NCBI GenBank assembly: GCA_964362195.1
Contig: CAYICZ010000001.1
Span: 3,486 to 67,485 of the forward strand
Reading direction: 5' to 3'
DNA length: 64,000 nucleotides
Source: an uncultured Gammaproteobacteria bacterium
GTDB taxonomy: Bacteria; Patescibacteriota; Microgenomatia; Daviesbacterales; UBA10151
Numbering within the stretch: the first letter of the stretch is position 1; each line of letters starts with the position of its first letter. Below the pieces are notes generated by a model. The model was not told the DNA's origin. It saw only the letters and a program-made list of their open reading frames with translations, and did not search any database. Shown here in pieces: positions 19,209 through 28,771 of this stretch. The position numbers were made by a program, and so were the translations under genes.

Positions 19209-19491
19209 ACTTTTTTTCTATTAAGCTACCACGCACGTTCCGACCGGATTCGATTAACTCCTCTAAAGAGAACCCCTTTCCCCTTAACACTTCACCAAGT
19301 TTATCAAGAGCTTTATTAGCGACTACTTGTTGAGGAGTAATCAATACACCTTCATTTGTTTGCTCCACAGCAACTAAGTCTCCCTTTTTAAGGCCTAGTT
19401 TCTCCCGCACTTCCATCGGAAGAGTTACTTGACCTTTTTCCTGGACACGCACTAATTTTCTCTCTGAATATGTAGTTTGTAGGAAAGTCAT
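19180..19491 (-). CDS. AbrB/MazE/SpoVT-family antitoxin (swapped-hairpin DNA-binding domain)
   Basis: GQVTLPMEVREKLGLKKGDLVAVEQTNEGVLITP is an AbrB/MazE-type motif. It is encoded immediately upstream of the PIN gene and overlaps it. Confidence 0.7.
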   Translation of the reverse strand: MTFLQTTYSERKLVRVQEKGQVTLPMEVREKLGLKKGDLVAVEQTNEGVLITPQQVVANKALDKLGEVLRGKGFSLEELIESGRNVRGSLIEKKYGLKSKKDN

Positions 19492-19500
19492 ACTTTCTGA

Positions 19501-19530
19501 ATTTTACCTTATTTCTACTCAACATGTCAA
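19501..19530 (-). promoter_or_regulatory. Putative promoter of the antitoxin-toxin operon (TTGACA, N18, TAAAAT), giving a very short leader
   Basis: Minus-strand TTGACA at 19530-19525 and TAAAAT at 19506-19501, 9 nt upstream of the ATG at 19491. Confidence 0.3.
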
Positions 19531-19541
19531 GGATAGGACAT

Positions 19542-19562
19542 TTGGAGCTCTTGCATCACAAC
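19542..19562. repeat. Direct repeat copy B (TTGGAGCTCTTGCATCACAAC) flanking the TA cassette
   Basis: Matches copy A at 18724-18744 with one mismatch. It lies upstream of the TA promoter and just upstream of the lepB start. Confidence 0.6.
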
Positions 19563-19578
19563 CAAAGCTTTTGAGATA

Positions 19579-20181
19579 ATGGGCTACATGGATCCAAATG
19601 TTGGCTATTATAGTGGTGATGTTCCCAAAAAGGGATTTTTTGGTAATTTGGGTTCTTTTTTTATTGAGTTTTTTGAAACTCTGGTTGTTTTCGGGGCAAT
19701 ATTTGCAATAATTTATCTTTTTATTGCCCAATTCCACAAAGTTTCCGGACTTTCCATGTATCCCACTATGTATAATGGAGATTATTTAATTACGGAAAAA
19801 GTAAGTTACAGATTTGGAGAACCGAAAAAAGGACAAATTGTAGTTTTAAAAAATCCCCGTGATGAATCCCAGGATTTTATAAAAAGAATTATTGCTACCC
19901 CCGGAGATACATTAAGAATAGAAAATGACGGAGTTTTTGTAAATGGTCAGAAGCTTAAAGAAACCTACTTACCTGCCGGAACTCTCACTCATGCAGGAGC
20001 TTTTATCACAGAAGGAACTGAATTGAAGGCTGGTTCTAATCAATATTTTGTATTCGGCGACAATAGAAATCACTCTTCAGATTCCAGAGAATGGGGATCT
20101 GTTACCAAAGAAGAATTCGTTGGCAGGGCTCTTTTTAGATACTGGCCGCCACAAGGAGTAGGGTCTTTAACTAATCTTTAA
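19579..20181 (+). CDS. lepB: Signal peptidase I (S26 family)
   Basis: SGLSMYPTM (catalytic Ser box), KRIIATPGDT, GDNRNHSSDSREWG. Single N-terminal TM helix. Confidence 0.85.
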   Translation: MGYMDPNVGYYSGDVPKKGFFGNLGSFFIEFFETLVVFGAIFAIIYLFIAQFHKVSGLSMYPTMYNGDYLITEKVSYRFGEPKKGQIVVLKNPRDESQDFIKRIIATPGDTLRIENDGVFVNGQKLKETYLPAGTLTHAGAFITEGTELKAGSNQYFVFGDNRNHSSDSREWGSVTKEEFVGRALFRYWPPQGVGSLTNL

Positions 20182-21019
20182 GATTAAAATATCCAACCAG
20201 TGCTTGACGGATATCTTCCATAATAGGAGTTGTTTTTTCAGGGATTCCGTCCAGTCTGAGTTCAATCTTGGCAGTTTTACTTGTTTGTACGCACCTTACA
20301 CTTGATTTTTCAATTTTCTGGGAAAAAACCGATGCCAGATCACTTTGTATTTTATCAATTTCATCTGACATAATGTGCATCAAACTAACATCTGCCATCT
20401 TTTTAGGGCCAATACCTTCCCTTGCTCTTAGTTTTCTTACTAATTCCTCTGTTCCCCTGACTGATAAATTTCTTTTTAAGACATCTTTGTAAGCTGAAAT
20501 TATTAAATGCGGATCCTCCAGTGCTGTCAGCGCTCTGGCATGACCCTCAGATGTTGCTCCGGACATTATTGCATCTTTTAGTGCATCCGGCAAAGTTAAA
20601 AGCCTGATGGTGTTTGAAATATAAGCAGGTGATTTGGAAACTCGCTCAGCAATTTCTTGATTTGCCAGTCCAAATTCATCCATTAACCTTTTATAGGCTT
20701 GTGCTCTTTCCAGCGGATTTAAATCAATCCTTTGTACATTTTCTACAATTGCCATTTCAAACATACCCTGAGGAGTAGTTTCACGGATAATAACAGGAAC
20801 CTTAGGAAGCCCTACCACCTTAGATGCTCTCCAACGTCGCTCCCCTGCAATAATTTGATAACCTGCCGGAGTTTTAGCCACCACTATTGGCTCCAAAACT
20901 CCATGAGTTCTGACTGATTCTGCCAACTCTGAGAGTGATTCCGGAGTAATTAGGCCTCTTGGTTGAAGCGGGTTAGGCTGCAAAAGATCAATTTCTAACT
21001 CAAATATCTGCTCTTCCAT
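20171..21019 (-). CDS. parB: ParB/Spo0J partition protein (no adjacent parA)
   Basis: GVLEPIVVAKTPAGYQIIAGERRWRASKVVGL is the ParB box with the GERRxRA motif. An HTH follows. Confidence 0.85.
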   Translation of the reverse strand: MEEQIFELEIDLLQPNPLQPRGLITPESLSELAESVRTHGVLEPIVVAKTPAGYQIIAGERRWRASKVVGLPKVPVIIRETTPQGMFEMAIVENVQRIDLNPLERAQAYKRLMDEFGLANQEIAERVSKSPAYISNTIRLLTLPDALKDAIMSGATSEGHARALTALEDPHLIISAYKDVLKRNLSVRGTEELVRKLRAREGIGPKKMADVSLMHIMSDEIDKIQSDLASVFSQKIEKSSVRCVQTSKTAKIELRLDGIPEKTTPIMEDIRQALVGYFNLKD

Positions 21020-21024
21020 TTATT

Positions 21025-21270
21025 TCATTTAACGTCTACTAAAGTTTTTGAAAGCTTCTTTCTAAATTCTACTTTTCCGGAAACCGTTGCAAAAAGAGTG
21101 TAATCATTTCCCTGCTCAACTCCAACTCCCGGATGGAATTTGTTCCCTTTTTGCCGGACTATAATATTACCGGATATAACGCTTTGACCATCGGATTTTT
21201 TAACGCCTAAACGTTTTGAAATTGAATCTCTATTTTTTCTGGTACTGCCGCCACCTGTTTTATGTGCCAT
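21025..21270 (-). CDS. rpmA: 50S ribosomal protein L27
   Basis: [25 protein letters not shown]... is a classic L27. Confidence 0.9.
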   Translation of the reverse strand: MAHKTGGGSTRKNRDSISKRLGVKKSDGQSVISGNIIVRQKGNKFHPGVGVEQGNDYTLFATVSGKVEFRKKLSKTLVDVK

Positions 21271-21273
21271 AGG

Positions 21274-21576
21274 TTACTTTTTAACAGATAAAACTACTTT
21301 AGTCAATTTTGATTTATGCCCGACTGTCTTCCTGTAGTTTGCCTTAGCATGAAATTTGGAAACTCTGATCTTTTCTCCTCTTATATTTTCCACTATATCT
21401 AAGCTTAATTTTTCCTTAAGATATGGATTCCCAACCTTAACTTTTCCCGCTTCCGACAAAAGTAAAACAGCTATATCTAATTTTTTTAAGTCTCCTAAGT
21501 AATCAACTACAAAAGGCTGATTAGGAATGATTTTATACTGCTTTCCCGCTACTTCACACACGACGTAATCTAACAT
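21274..21576 (-). CDS. rplU: 50S ribosomal protein L21
   Basis: MLDYVVCEVAGKQYKI... is an L21 N-terminus, located directly upstream of rpmA. Confidence 0.9.
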   Translation of the reverse strand: MLDYVVCEVAGKQYKIIPNQPFVVDYLGDLKKLDIAVLLLSEAGKVKVGNPYLKEKLSLDIVENIRGEKIRVSKFHAKANYRKTVGHKSKLTKVVLSVKK

Positions 21577-21593
21577 GTGCTAAATTCTAACCT

Positions 21594-22661
21594 TTATTCC
21601 CCTTCTGTGTCAATTCTGCGTTTAAATTTCTCAACTGATGAGATCATACCTAAGGAAAAAAGAGTGGCTATTAAAGAACTGCCACCGTATGAAATTAAAG
21701 GCAAAGTAATACCGGTTATAGGTAATAGCCCCAAATTCATTCCGGTGTTAACAAAGAATTGAAACAAAAGCATAGATAAAGTGCCAAAAATAATTAAAAA
21801 ATTAAATAAATCATTAACCGAAGTGGCAATTTTAATGCAGTAAATAAATAAAAATAAATACAAGGATAAAATAATCAAGGATCCCAAAAATCCCATTTCT
21901 TCGGCAATTGAAGCAAAAATAAAATCAGTTCTAAATTCCGGTAAGAATTGCAATCTTGACTGTGTACCTCTTCCCAATCCTCTTCCGAAAAACTCACCTG
22001 AACCTACAGCAATTGTTGATTGAATTAAGTTATAGCCGCGGCCCAGTGGATCACTGTCAGGGGATAAAAAAGAAGTAATTCTTTGTTTTTGATAATCGTG
22101 CAAAAAAAGCCAGCTTGTTGGAACAATAAATAAAATAATAAGTCCCAGGATTAAAATTTTCTTAAAAGAAACCCGAGCCCCAAACAACATTCCAAACCAG
22201 ATTGCCAAAAGAGATAAAGATGATCCTAAATCCGGTTGTTTAAATATTAAAATTACCAATGGTAAACTTATAAGGAAACTTTTAAAAATACTAATCCAGG
22301 AAGGAAAATTCTTAGACCAGAATTGTGCCAAAAATAATATTAAAACCGGTTTGGCAAATTCTGATGGTTGAATATTAAATATCCCCAGAGGTATCCACCT
22401 GACTGACCCGCGGGCTTCTATTCCTAAAAATAGGACTAAAATTAGTAATAAAACTATTATTATATATAATGGGAAAATTAAATTTTTTATGGATTTAACT
22501 TCGATCTGAGAAATAAAAAAATAAGTTAACAACCCGACAAATGTAAAGACTGTTTGTTGTATTGCAAGCTCTACTGATGAAGAATAAATAACCAAAATTC
22601 CAATAGAAATCAAAAGTAAGCTGCAAAGTAATATTGGAATATTAAATAGTTTAAGAAACAT
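21594..22661 (-). CDS. SEDS-family peptidoglycan glycosyltransferase (FtsW/RodA/SpoVE family; RodA-like second copy)
   Basis: 355 aa, about 10 TM helices, conserved SEDS loop motifs (…GSGEFFGRGLGRGTQSRLQFLPE…). Confidence 0.75.
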   Translation of the reverse strand: MFLKLFNIPILLCSLLLISIGILVIYSSSVELAIQQTVFTFVGLLTYFFISQIEVKSIKNLIFPLYIIIVLLLILVLFLGIEARGSVRWIPLGIFNIQPSEFAKPVLILFLAQFWSKNFPSWISIFKSFLISLPLVILIFKQPDLGSSLSLLAIWFGMLFGARVSFKKILILGLIILFIVPTSWLFLHDYQKQRITSFLSPDSDPLGRGYNLIQSTIAVGSGEFFGRGLGRGTQSRLQFLPEFRTDFIFASIAEEMGFLGSLIILSLYLFLFIYCIKIATSVNDLFNFLIIFGTLSMLLFQFFVNTGMNLGLLPITGITLPLISYGGSSLIATLFSLGMISSVEKFKRRIDTEGE

Positions 22662-25517
22662 CTACACTTTTTCAACTTTTAACTCATGTGCCTCACTAAT
22701 CGAGATAGATGCTGTCCCTTTTAAGATCATATCTTCAAAAGATTTTGGCCAAGAAGGCATAAATATTTTAGTTTTATCAGTTAATGTTAAATTTTGCATC
22801 TTTCTAAGCTGAGCAACTTGTCTCATTAGATCCCTGGCTTCTCCTTCTTCTTTAAGTTCTTTCGTTATTTTCGTGTCCAATTCTACACCCAAATCTTTTC
22901 CTGCTTTAAACTCCACTTTTTTAACATTTAATTCTTCTGCTAAAATCTGCTCTAATTCATTATCCAGTTTCTCAGTTCTAAGGTAAGTTATTTTTGCAAG
23001 AGGCTGTCTAAGTTTAATTCCCTCTTCTTTCCTTTTTGCATGAGCTTTCTCCGCTATCTCCCTAATTACCTCCATGTCTCTTATTAATTTTTCATCTAAT
23101 AACCCCTTATCCCCCTGGGGAAAATTCTGAAGATGCACAGATTCTTCCCCTGTTAAATTTTTAAATATTTCTTCTGCAATAAAGGGTAAAAACGGAGCAA
23201 GAAGTTTTGACACTGCTACTAAAACACCGTACATAACAGATAACGCAATATTCTGATCATTTTGATCAACATTAAGTCCCACTCTGCCTCTTGACCTACG
23301 AATATACCAGGTAGAAAAATCGTTCACTACAAAATCTTCTGTGTTTCTCGCAGCTGTTGCAGCATCAAATTCCTCCAAGTGCTTATTAACAAGCAAGGTG
23401 AGAGCTGTCAATTTTGATAGAATCCACTTGTCTAAAACCCCAATCTCCCCCATATCCCTAATTTCCCCTACTTCCCTTTTTGCCAAGCTGGCATAGTCAA
23501 TAAAAAATTTATAACTGTTCCAAAGAATCAAATAAAATCTTCTTTTAACCTCACCTGCATTGTTATAGCCAAAAAGTAAATTGCTTTCCGGATTTTGAGT
23601 TACATACATCCATCTCATCACATCAGCACCAATCTTATCTGCCGCTTCATTAAATTCAATAGCATTACCCTTAGATTTATGCATTGGCTCACCTTTTTCA
23701 TCCAAAAGTGAGGCAAATCCCAAAATGTTTTTAAACGGAGCCTTGTTTGACAGCGCAGTACTCATTGCAATTAAAGAATAAAACCAATTCTTAAACTGTC
23801 CGGGGAAGCTTTCGGTTATAAAGTCAGCCGGGAACCAGCCGTTTGGAAGAGTAGAAAATGGCACTATGCCTGCATCCAGCCAGGGATTTCCCACATCAGG
23901 AATTCTGGAAATTATCTCTTCACATTTTGAACACTTTATTTTTATTTGATCAACCCAAGGCCGGTGAGGAGATTTTCCCTCAAACTTATCCCAACCCTCT
24001 ATTGATTTTTCCTTAAGTTTTTCTTTATTCCCTATAACTTCAAAATTGCCACACTTATCACATTCCCAAACCGGTAAAGATAGCCCCCAATATCTTTTTT
24101 TGGAAATTAACCAATCATGCATATTTTTAAGCCAGTCAAGTTCACGCTCCAGTCCCCATTTTGGTATCCAGTTAATATTCTTAACAACATCAACCATCTG
24201 TTCTCTGAATGTTTTACCAGATTCATCATCACGATCCATTGATATATACCACTCATCAACCACTCTCCAAACTAATTCTGATTTACATCTCCAGCAACTT
24301 GGATATCTATGCTTTATTCTTTCGGTCTTAAATAAAAATCTTCCATTCTCTTTTTTTATCAGAAAATCTATTATGAATTCTGGATGTTTTTTGGCATTTT
24401 TACTACTAAACTCCTCCATCTTATCCAAATAATTTGCTTCCTCATCAATTAACTCAATAACCGGTAGGCTCAATAATTTAGCTAACTTAAAATCTTCAGA
24501 TCCGGCCCCGGGTGCTACGTGTACTAAACCAGTTCCCTCTTCTCCACTAATAGGCAAAATTAAATCATCAGTTGCAACTACTCTGTGAACATATTCATCT
24601 AAAGCTTCAGAAACTCTGGGCAAATGATCAAAAGGAGAATCATACTCTAAACCAACTAAATCCAATCCTTTAATTTTTTGTCCCTCATATCCTAAAACCT
24701 TTGCCCGCTCTTCCATCAGATAAATAAATTCTTTATCCAGTTTAATCTTTAGGTATGTCTTTTTTGGATCAACTGCCACTGCAATATTTGCAGGAATAGT
24801 CCAGGGAGTCGTAGTCCAAACAACTAAGTATTCATTACTTCTGTTTCTAATCGGCAATTTAAAATAAACTGATTCATGATCAATTTCTTTATAATCTTCT
24901 GTTAAAATCTCATGCTGGGAAATTGCTGTGCCGCATCTGGGACACCAAGGTACACTGTCATGTCCTTTATAAAGCCATCCTTTATCCGATACAACTTTCA
25001 AAAAATTCCAGATTGCGTAATTATTCTCATCAGAGGAAGTATGATAAGAATTATCCCAATCCATAAAATAACCCAATCTTTTTGATTGTTCTGTTTGAAT
25101 ACTGGAGTATTTTTTAACCCTTTCTTTACAAAGATTAATAAACTTTTCCAGACTTTTAAATTTGTCTCCGGAAATTAAATTTTCTATATCTTTTTTGCTG
25201 TGGAGTCCCAGTTCTTTTTCAACTTCAACTTCAACCCAAAGTCCTTGCTCGTCAAAACCATTTTGAAATCTCTGGGCGAATCCCTTCATATTAAAAAATC
25301 TCTGCCAGACATCCTTATACGTCCTGCCCCAGGCATGATGTACTCCCATTGGATTATTGGCAGTAATTGGCCCATCCAAAAAAGAGAATTTATTTTTAGA
25401 GTCATTATTTTTTTCTAAATATTTTTTAACAATACCTTTTTTGTACCAATAATCTAAAAGCTCTTTTTCAAGAGCTGGAAAATCGACTTGTGACGAAACG
25501 CTTTTAAATTTATGCAT
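22662..25517 (-). CDS. ileS: Isoleucyl-tRNA synthetase
   Basis: 951 aa class I aaRS with a HIGH-region variant (LDGPITANNPMGVHHAWGRTYKDVWQRF), a zinc-knuckle region WCPRCGTAISQHE aligned to IleRS, KRYWGLSLPVWECDKCG, and KMSKS-like MHKSKGN. Confidence 0.7.
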   Translation of the reverse strand: MHKFKSVSSQVDFPALEKELLDYWYKKGIVKKYLEKNNDSKNKFSFLDGPITANNPMGVHHAWGRTYKDVWQRFFNMKGFAQRFQNGFDEQGLWVEVEVEKELGLHSKKDIENLISGDKFKSLEKFINLCKERVKKYSSIQTEQSKRLGYFMDWDNSYHTSSDENNYAIWNFLKVVSDKGWLYKGHDSVPWCPRCGTAISQHEILTEDYKEIDHESVYFKLPIRNRSNEYLVVWTTTPWTIPANIAVAVDPKKTYLKIKLDKEFIYLMEERAKVLGYEGQKIKGLDLVGLEYDSPFDHLPRVSEALDEYVHRVVATDDLILPISGEEGTGLVHVAPGAGSEDFKLAKLLSLPVIELIDEEANYLDKMEEFSSKNAKKHPEFIIDFLIKKENGRFLFKTERIKHRYPSCWRCKSELVWRVVDEWYISMDRDDESGKTFREQMVDVVKNINWIPKWGLERELDWLKNMHDWLISKKRYWGLSLPVWECDKCGNFEVIGNKEKLKEKSIEGWDKFEGKSPHRPWVDQIKIKCSKCEEIISRIPDVGNPWLDAGIVPFSTLPNGWFPADFITESFPGQFKNWFYSLIAMSTALSNKAPFKNILGFASLLDEKGEPMHKSKGNAIEFNEAADKIGADVMRWMYVTQNPESNLLFGYNNAGEVKRRFYLILWNSYKFFIDYASLAKREVGEIRDMGEIGVLDKWILSKLTALTLLVNKHLEEFDAATAARNTEDFVVNDFSTWYIRRSRGRVGLNVDQNDQNIALSVMYGVLVAVSKLLAPFLPFIAEEIFKNLTGEESVHLQNFPQGDKGLLDEKLIRDMEVIREIAEKAHAKRKEEGIKLRQPLAKITYLRTEKLDNELEQILAEELNVKKVEFKAGKDLGVELDTKITKELKEEGEARDLMRQVAQLRKMQNLTLTDKTKIFMPSWPKSFEDMILKGTASISISEAHELKVEKV

Positions 25518-25549
25518 GGAGTAATTCTAACAAAAAAAACCGATTGCGG

Positions 25550-26698
25550 CTAGCGGTTGGAGCGGAGAAATGCGGGGATTTCTAAATCTTCTTCATCCTC
25601 ATCTCTTTGGATTTTTTCCTCTACTTCAGAGACTGTTTGAGGTTTTTGTTCTTCCTCCTCAGGCTCCTGCTCAAATGAGCTTTGCTGAGATTGAATTGGA
25701 GAAGTAGCAAATCCAGATCCAACATATTCCCTCAGTCTTCTTCTTGTTTCATCAAAACCTGTGGCTATAACTGAAATTTTAATCTGATCCAGTTGATCTT
25801 CCTTGATGGTTGCACCAAAGATAATATTAGCATCAGGATCTGCAGCCTGAGCAATAATTTGGGCAGCCTCATTAACCTCAGTCATAGACAAATCTGCCCC
25901 TCCAACTATGTTGAACAACACTCCCTTGGCACCTTCTATTGAAACCTCCAAAAGCGGGGAAGCAATAGCCATCCTGGCTGCAGCAGCAGCCCTATTCTCT
26001 CCACCTGCTACCCCGATTCCCATCAAAGCAGATCCGGCATTGCTCATAATGACTTTTACGTCCGCAAAATCAACATTAATAAGTCCCGGCACGGTAATCA
26101 GATCAGAAATACCCTGCACTCCCTGACCTAAAACGCTGTCAGCAAGTCTAAAGGCTTCCTGCAAAGAAATATTTTTATCAACTGTTTCCAGTAATCTTTG
26201 ATTTGGGATAACAATTAATGCATCAACTTTATCTTTTAACTTTTCAACTCCTTCCTCTGCTACTACCATTCTTCTTGTACCTTCAAATGAGAAAGGCTTG
26301 GTAACAACAGCCACAGTTAGAGCTCCCATAGATTTAGCAACTTGTGCCACAATCGGGATAGCTCCTGTACCGGTTCCTCCACCCATTCCGGCTGTTAAAA
26401 AAACCATGTCCGCGTCTGCCAATACATCCTCCAGCTTTTGCGTTGACTCCTCAGCTGCTTGTCTGCCTATTTCAGGATCTCCACCAGAACCCAGACCCTT
26501 GGTCAACATCTCACCAATTTGTACTTTAGTGGGAGATTGATTATTCATTAAAGCCTGAGCATCTGTATTTATGGCAATAAACTCCACACCACCAATTTGT
26601 TGCAGGGCAATCATGGAGTTAATAGAGTTTGATCCACCACCACCCAGTCCTAGGACCTTAATCTTGGCAAATCTTTGAACATCCGGTTTTATCAACAT
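25550..26698 (-). CDS. ftsZ: Cell division GTPase FtsZ
   Basis: [13 protein letters not shown] and the tubulin signature [17 protein letters not shown]. The C-terminal tail is acidic. Confidence 0.95.
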   Translation of the reverse strand: MLIKPDVQRFAKIKVLGLGGGGSNSINSMIALQQIGGVEFIAINTDAQALMNNQSPTKVQIGEMLTKGLGSGGDPEIGRQAAEESTQKLEDVLADADMVFLTAGMGGGTGTGAIPIVAQVAKSMGALTVAVVTKPFSFEGTRRMVVAEEGVEKLKDKVDALIVIPNQRLLETVDKNISLQEAFRLADSVLGQGVQGISDLITVPGLINVDFADVKVIMSNAGSALMGIGVAGGENRAAAAARMAIASPLLEVSIEGAKGVLFNIVGGADLSMTEVNEAAQIIAQAADPDANIIFGATIKEDQLDQIKISVIATGFDETRRRLREYVGSGFATSPIQSQQSSFEQEPEEEEQKPQTVSEVEEKIQRDEDEEDLEIPAFLRSNR

Positions 26699-26737
26699 AG
26701 TTTATATCTTTGGGCAGAATATAACAGAAACTTCTAT

Positions 26738-28033
26738 CTAGGGCAAGAAGGATTTTACAAGACTTATTCCTTTTTGAATCATCCCTTTTAGAGGCAGATT
26801 TCCCGATAAAACAGGAATGTGGATATTCCTGTGACTTTCTTGCGTTGAACCATATAAAATCAAACCTGCAGCTGCGGCAAACGAAGGAGAGTCTATTTCA
26901 TCAATCATTCCTGACAAGCCTTCAATAACTGCTAATCGTGCCGGAAAACCTAACACATATTTTGCCTGATCCAGCACTCCCGCTGTCTGTGCTCCTCCTC
27001 CGCAAATAACCAAACCGGAAGGTATTTGTGTACCAAAGCCACTCTTTTTTAGCTCTTTTCCAACATATTTAAATATTTCCTGAAGTCTTGGTCTAATTAT
27101 TCCATCCACCACTGCTTTTTTAGAAATCTTTTGCACATCTTCAGCTAAACCAAGGGATTTGATATCCAAAAATTCTTCTTCTTTTTTCTTTGCTGACTTG
27201 ATAGATTCTTCTTCCAAACTTTGCGGGTTTACGGGTAATTTTTCGATTTTACCCAGAGAAATTTTAATTTTTTCTGCTGACTCAAGAGAAACCCGAAGTC
27301 CGACAGCCATATCCGATGTAATATGCCTGGCACCGATTGGTATAACTGATGAATAAGCAACTGAACCATCAATAAAAATAACTACATCCGTTGTTTCACC
27401 GCCAATATCTATGAGCACCACTCCCAATTCTTTTTCAGTATCTGTTAAAACCGCAATTGAGGAAGCAATTCCGGAAAAAACTAACTCGGTTACATCAATA
27501 CCAACCTCACTGACGCATTTAACTAAATTCCTCATTGAGGTAGAAGAACCGGTAATAATATGCGTCTCCGTCTCCAGTCTGACTCCGGTCATACCAATCG
27601 GATCCTTTATTCCTTCCTGTCCATCAACAGTAAAGGTTCTGGGAATAACATGTAATATCTCTCTTGATGATGGAAGAGGAATGGCTCTGGCTGCATCGTT
27701 TACTCTTTGAATGTCTGATGATCTTATTTCACCTTCCGGTTCGGAAACAGCCACTACCGCATGTTGATTAACGCTTTCAATTTGAGGTCCACCAAGAGCA
27801 ACGAATGCGGAAGATATAGAGTATCCGGCCATTCTTTCAGCTGCTTCTACTGACTCGGTAATAGCTAAGACAGCTTCATCAATATCAACAACCTGGTTTT
27901 TTCTTACTCCGTGAGAAATAGTACTTGATACACCAATAAGATTTATTTTACCGCTCTCATCAACTGAGGCAATCAGGGTAGCTATTTTGCTTGATCCAAC
28001 ATCAATTCCACAGATTACTTTGTCTTTGGCCAT
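26738..28033 (-). CDS. ftsA: Cell division protein FtsA (actin-like ATPase)
   Basis: MAKDKVICGIDVGSSKIATLIA... ; placed immediately upstream of ftsZ as in canonical dcw order. Confidence 0.9.
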   Translation of the reverse strand: MAKDKVICGIDVGSSKIATLIASVDESGKINLIGVSSTISHGVRKNQVVDIDEAVLAITESVEAAERMAGYSISSAFVALGGPQIESVNQHAVVAVSEPEGEIRSSDIQRVNDAARAIPLPSSREILHVIPRTFTVDGQEGIKDPIGMTGVRLETETHIITGSSTSMRNLVKCVSEVGIDVTELVFSGIASSIAVLTDTEKELGVVLIDIGGETTDVVIFIDGSVAYSSVIPIGARHITSDMAVGLRVSLESAEKIKISLGKIEKLPVNPQSLEEESIKSAKKKEEEFLDIKSLGLAEDVQKISKKAVVDGIIRPRLQEIFKYVGKELKKSGFGTQIPSGLVICGGGAQTAGVLDQAKYVLGFPARLAVIEGLSGMIDEIDSPSFAAAAGLILYGSTQESHRNIHIPVLSGNLPLKGMIQKGISLVKSFLP

Positions 28034-28036
28034 AAA

Positions 28037-28771
28037 CTATTTTTTCGGGGCATATTTAACTACGGGTTTATCAAATCTTAAATCGATAAACTCCAGTTTA
28101 CTACTCCCTATTTTAGCTTTCTGCACGATCAGTTGTAAAGATGCAATTTGAATATCTATATCTTCACTTAAATCAAACACTACTTTAGGATTCCCGGATG
28201 TGATGAAGAAATTATTAAAAATGAAAATATGAGAATTATTTAACCCCTGATCTTTTAAAGATTTTAATATACTCAGAGCTTTTGCTAAATAATTATTAAT
28301 AGGTTTATCTCCAAAAAAATAAATTTTTGGTAAAACTAAAGAGTCACCCTTTGAAAAAATTATCCCTTCATCATCAATCAGACTAGGTTCATCTGTCGAA
28401 TTGGCAGAAGGAGTTGCTAAATTTTCAATTAAAGACGAGGCACTTGCTTCCCAATTCTTGATTGAATAAAGTGCAGCTTCAGGAATTCTTCCAATAATAT
28501 CCAACTTAATTTTATCAGGTAAATTTTTGGAGAAATTAATTTTTTTAATACAAATAAAATCCGCTTTAAGAGCTTGTTCTACTCTTTTTTCATCAACAAG
28601 AAAAAAGTTTTGTCCAAAAAGATTAGATTTTTCTGTTAAGTTTTTCTCATCTGTACAATTTATTCTTTCACTTTTGATATCTATTTTTTTAATAGTAAAA
28701 AAATTTGACCTGAAAATTGCAATAAACAATAACAATAAAACAGCTAAAAACAGAACTGACTTTATTCTCAT
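28037..28771 (-). CDS. ftsQ: FtsQ/DivIB-like cell division protein (POTRA)
   Basis: 244 aa with an N-terminal TM helix; positioned between murG and ftsA. Sequence is divergent. Confidence 0.6.
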   Translation of the reverse strand: MRIKSVLFLAVLLLLFIAIFRSNFFTIKKIDIKSERINCTDEKNLTEKSNLFGQNFFLVDEKRVEQALKADFICIKKINFSKNLPDKIKLDIIGRIPEAALYSIKNWEASASSLIENLATPSANSTDEPSLIDDEGIIFSKGDSLVLPKIYFFGDKPINNYLAKALSILKSLKDQGLNNSHIFIFNNFFITSGNPKVVFDLSEDIDIQIASLQLIVQKAKIGSSKLEFIDLRFDKPVVKYAPKK

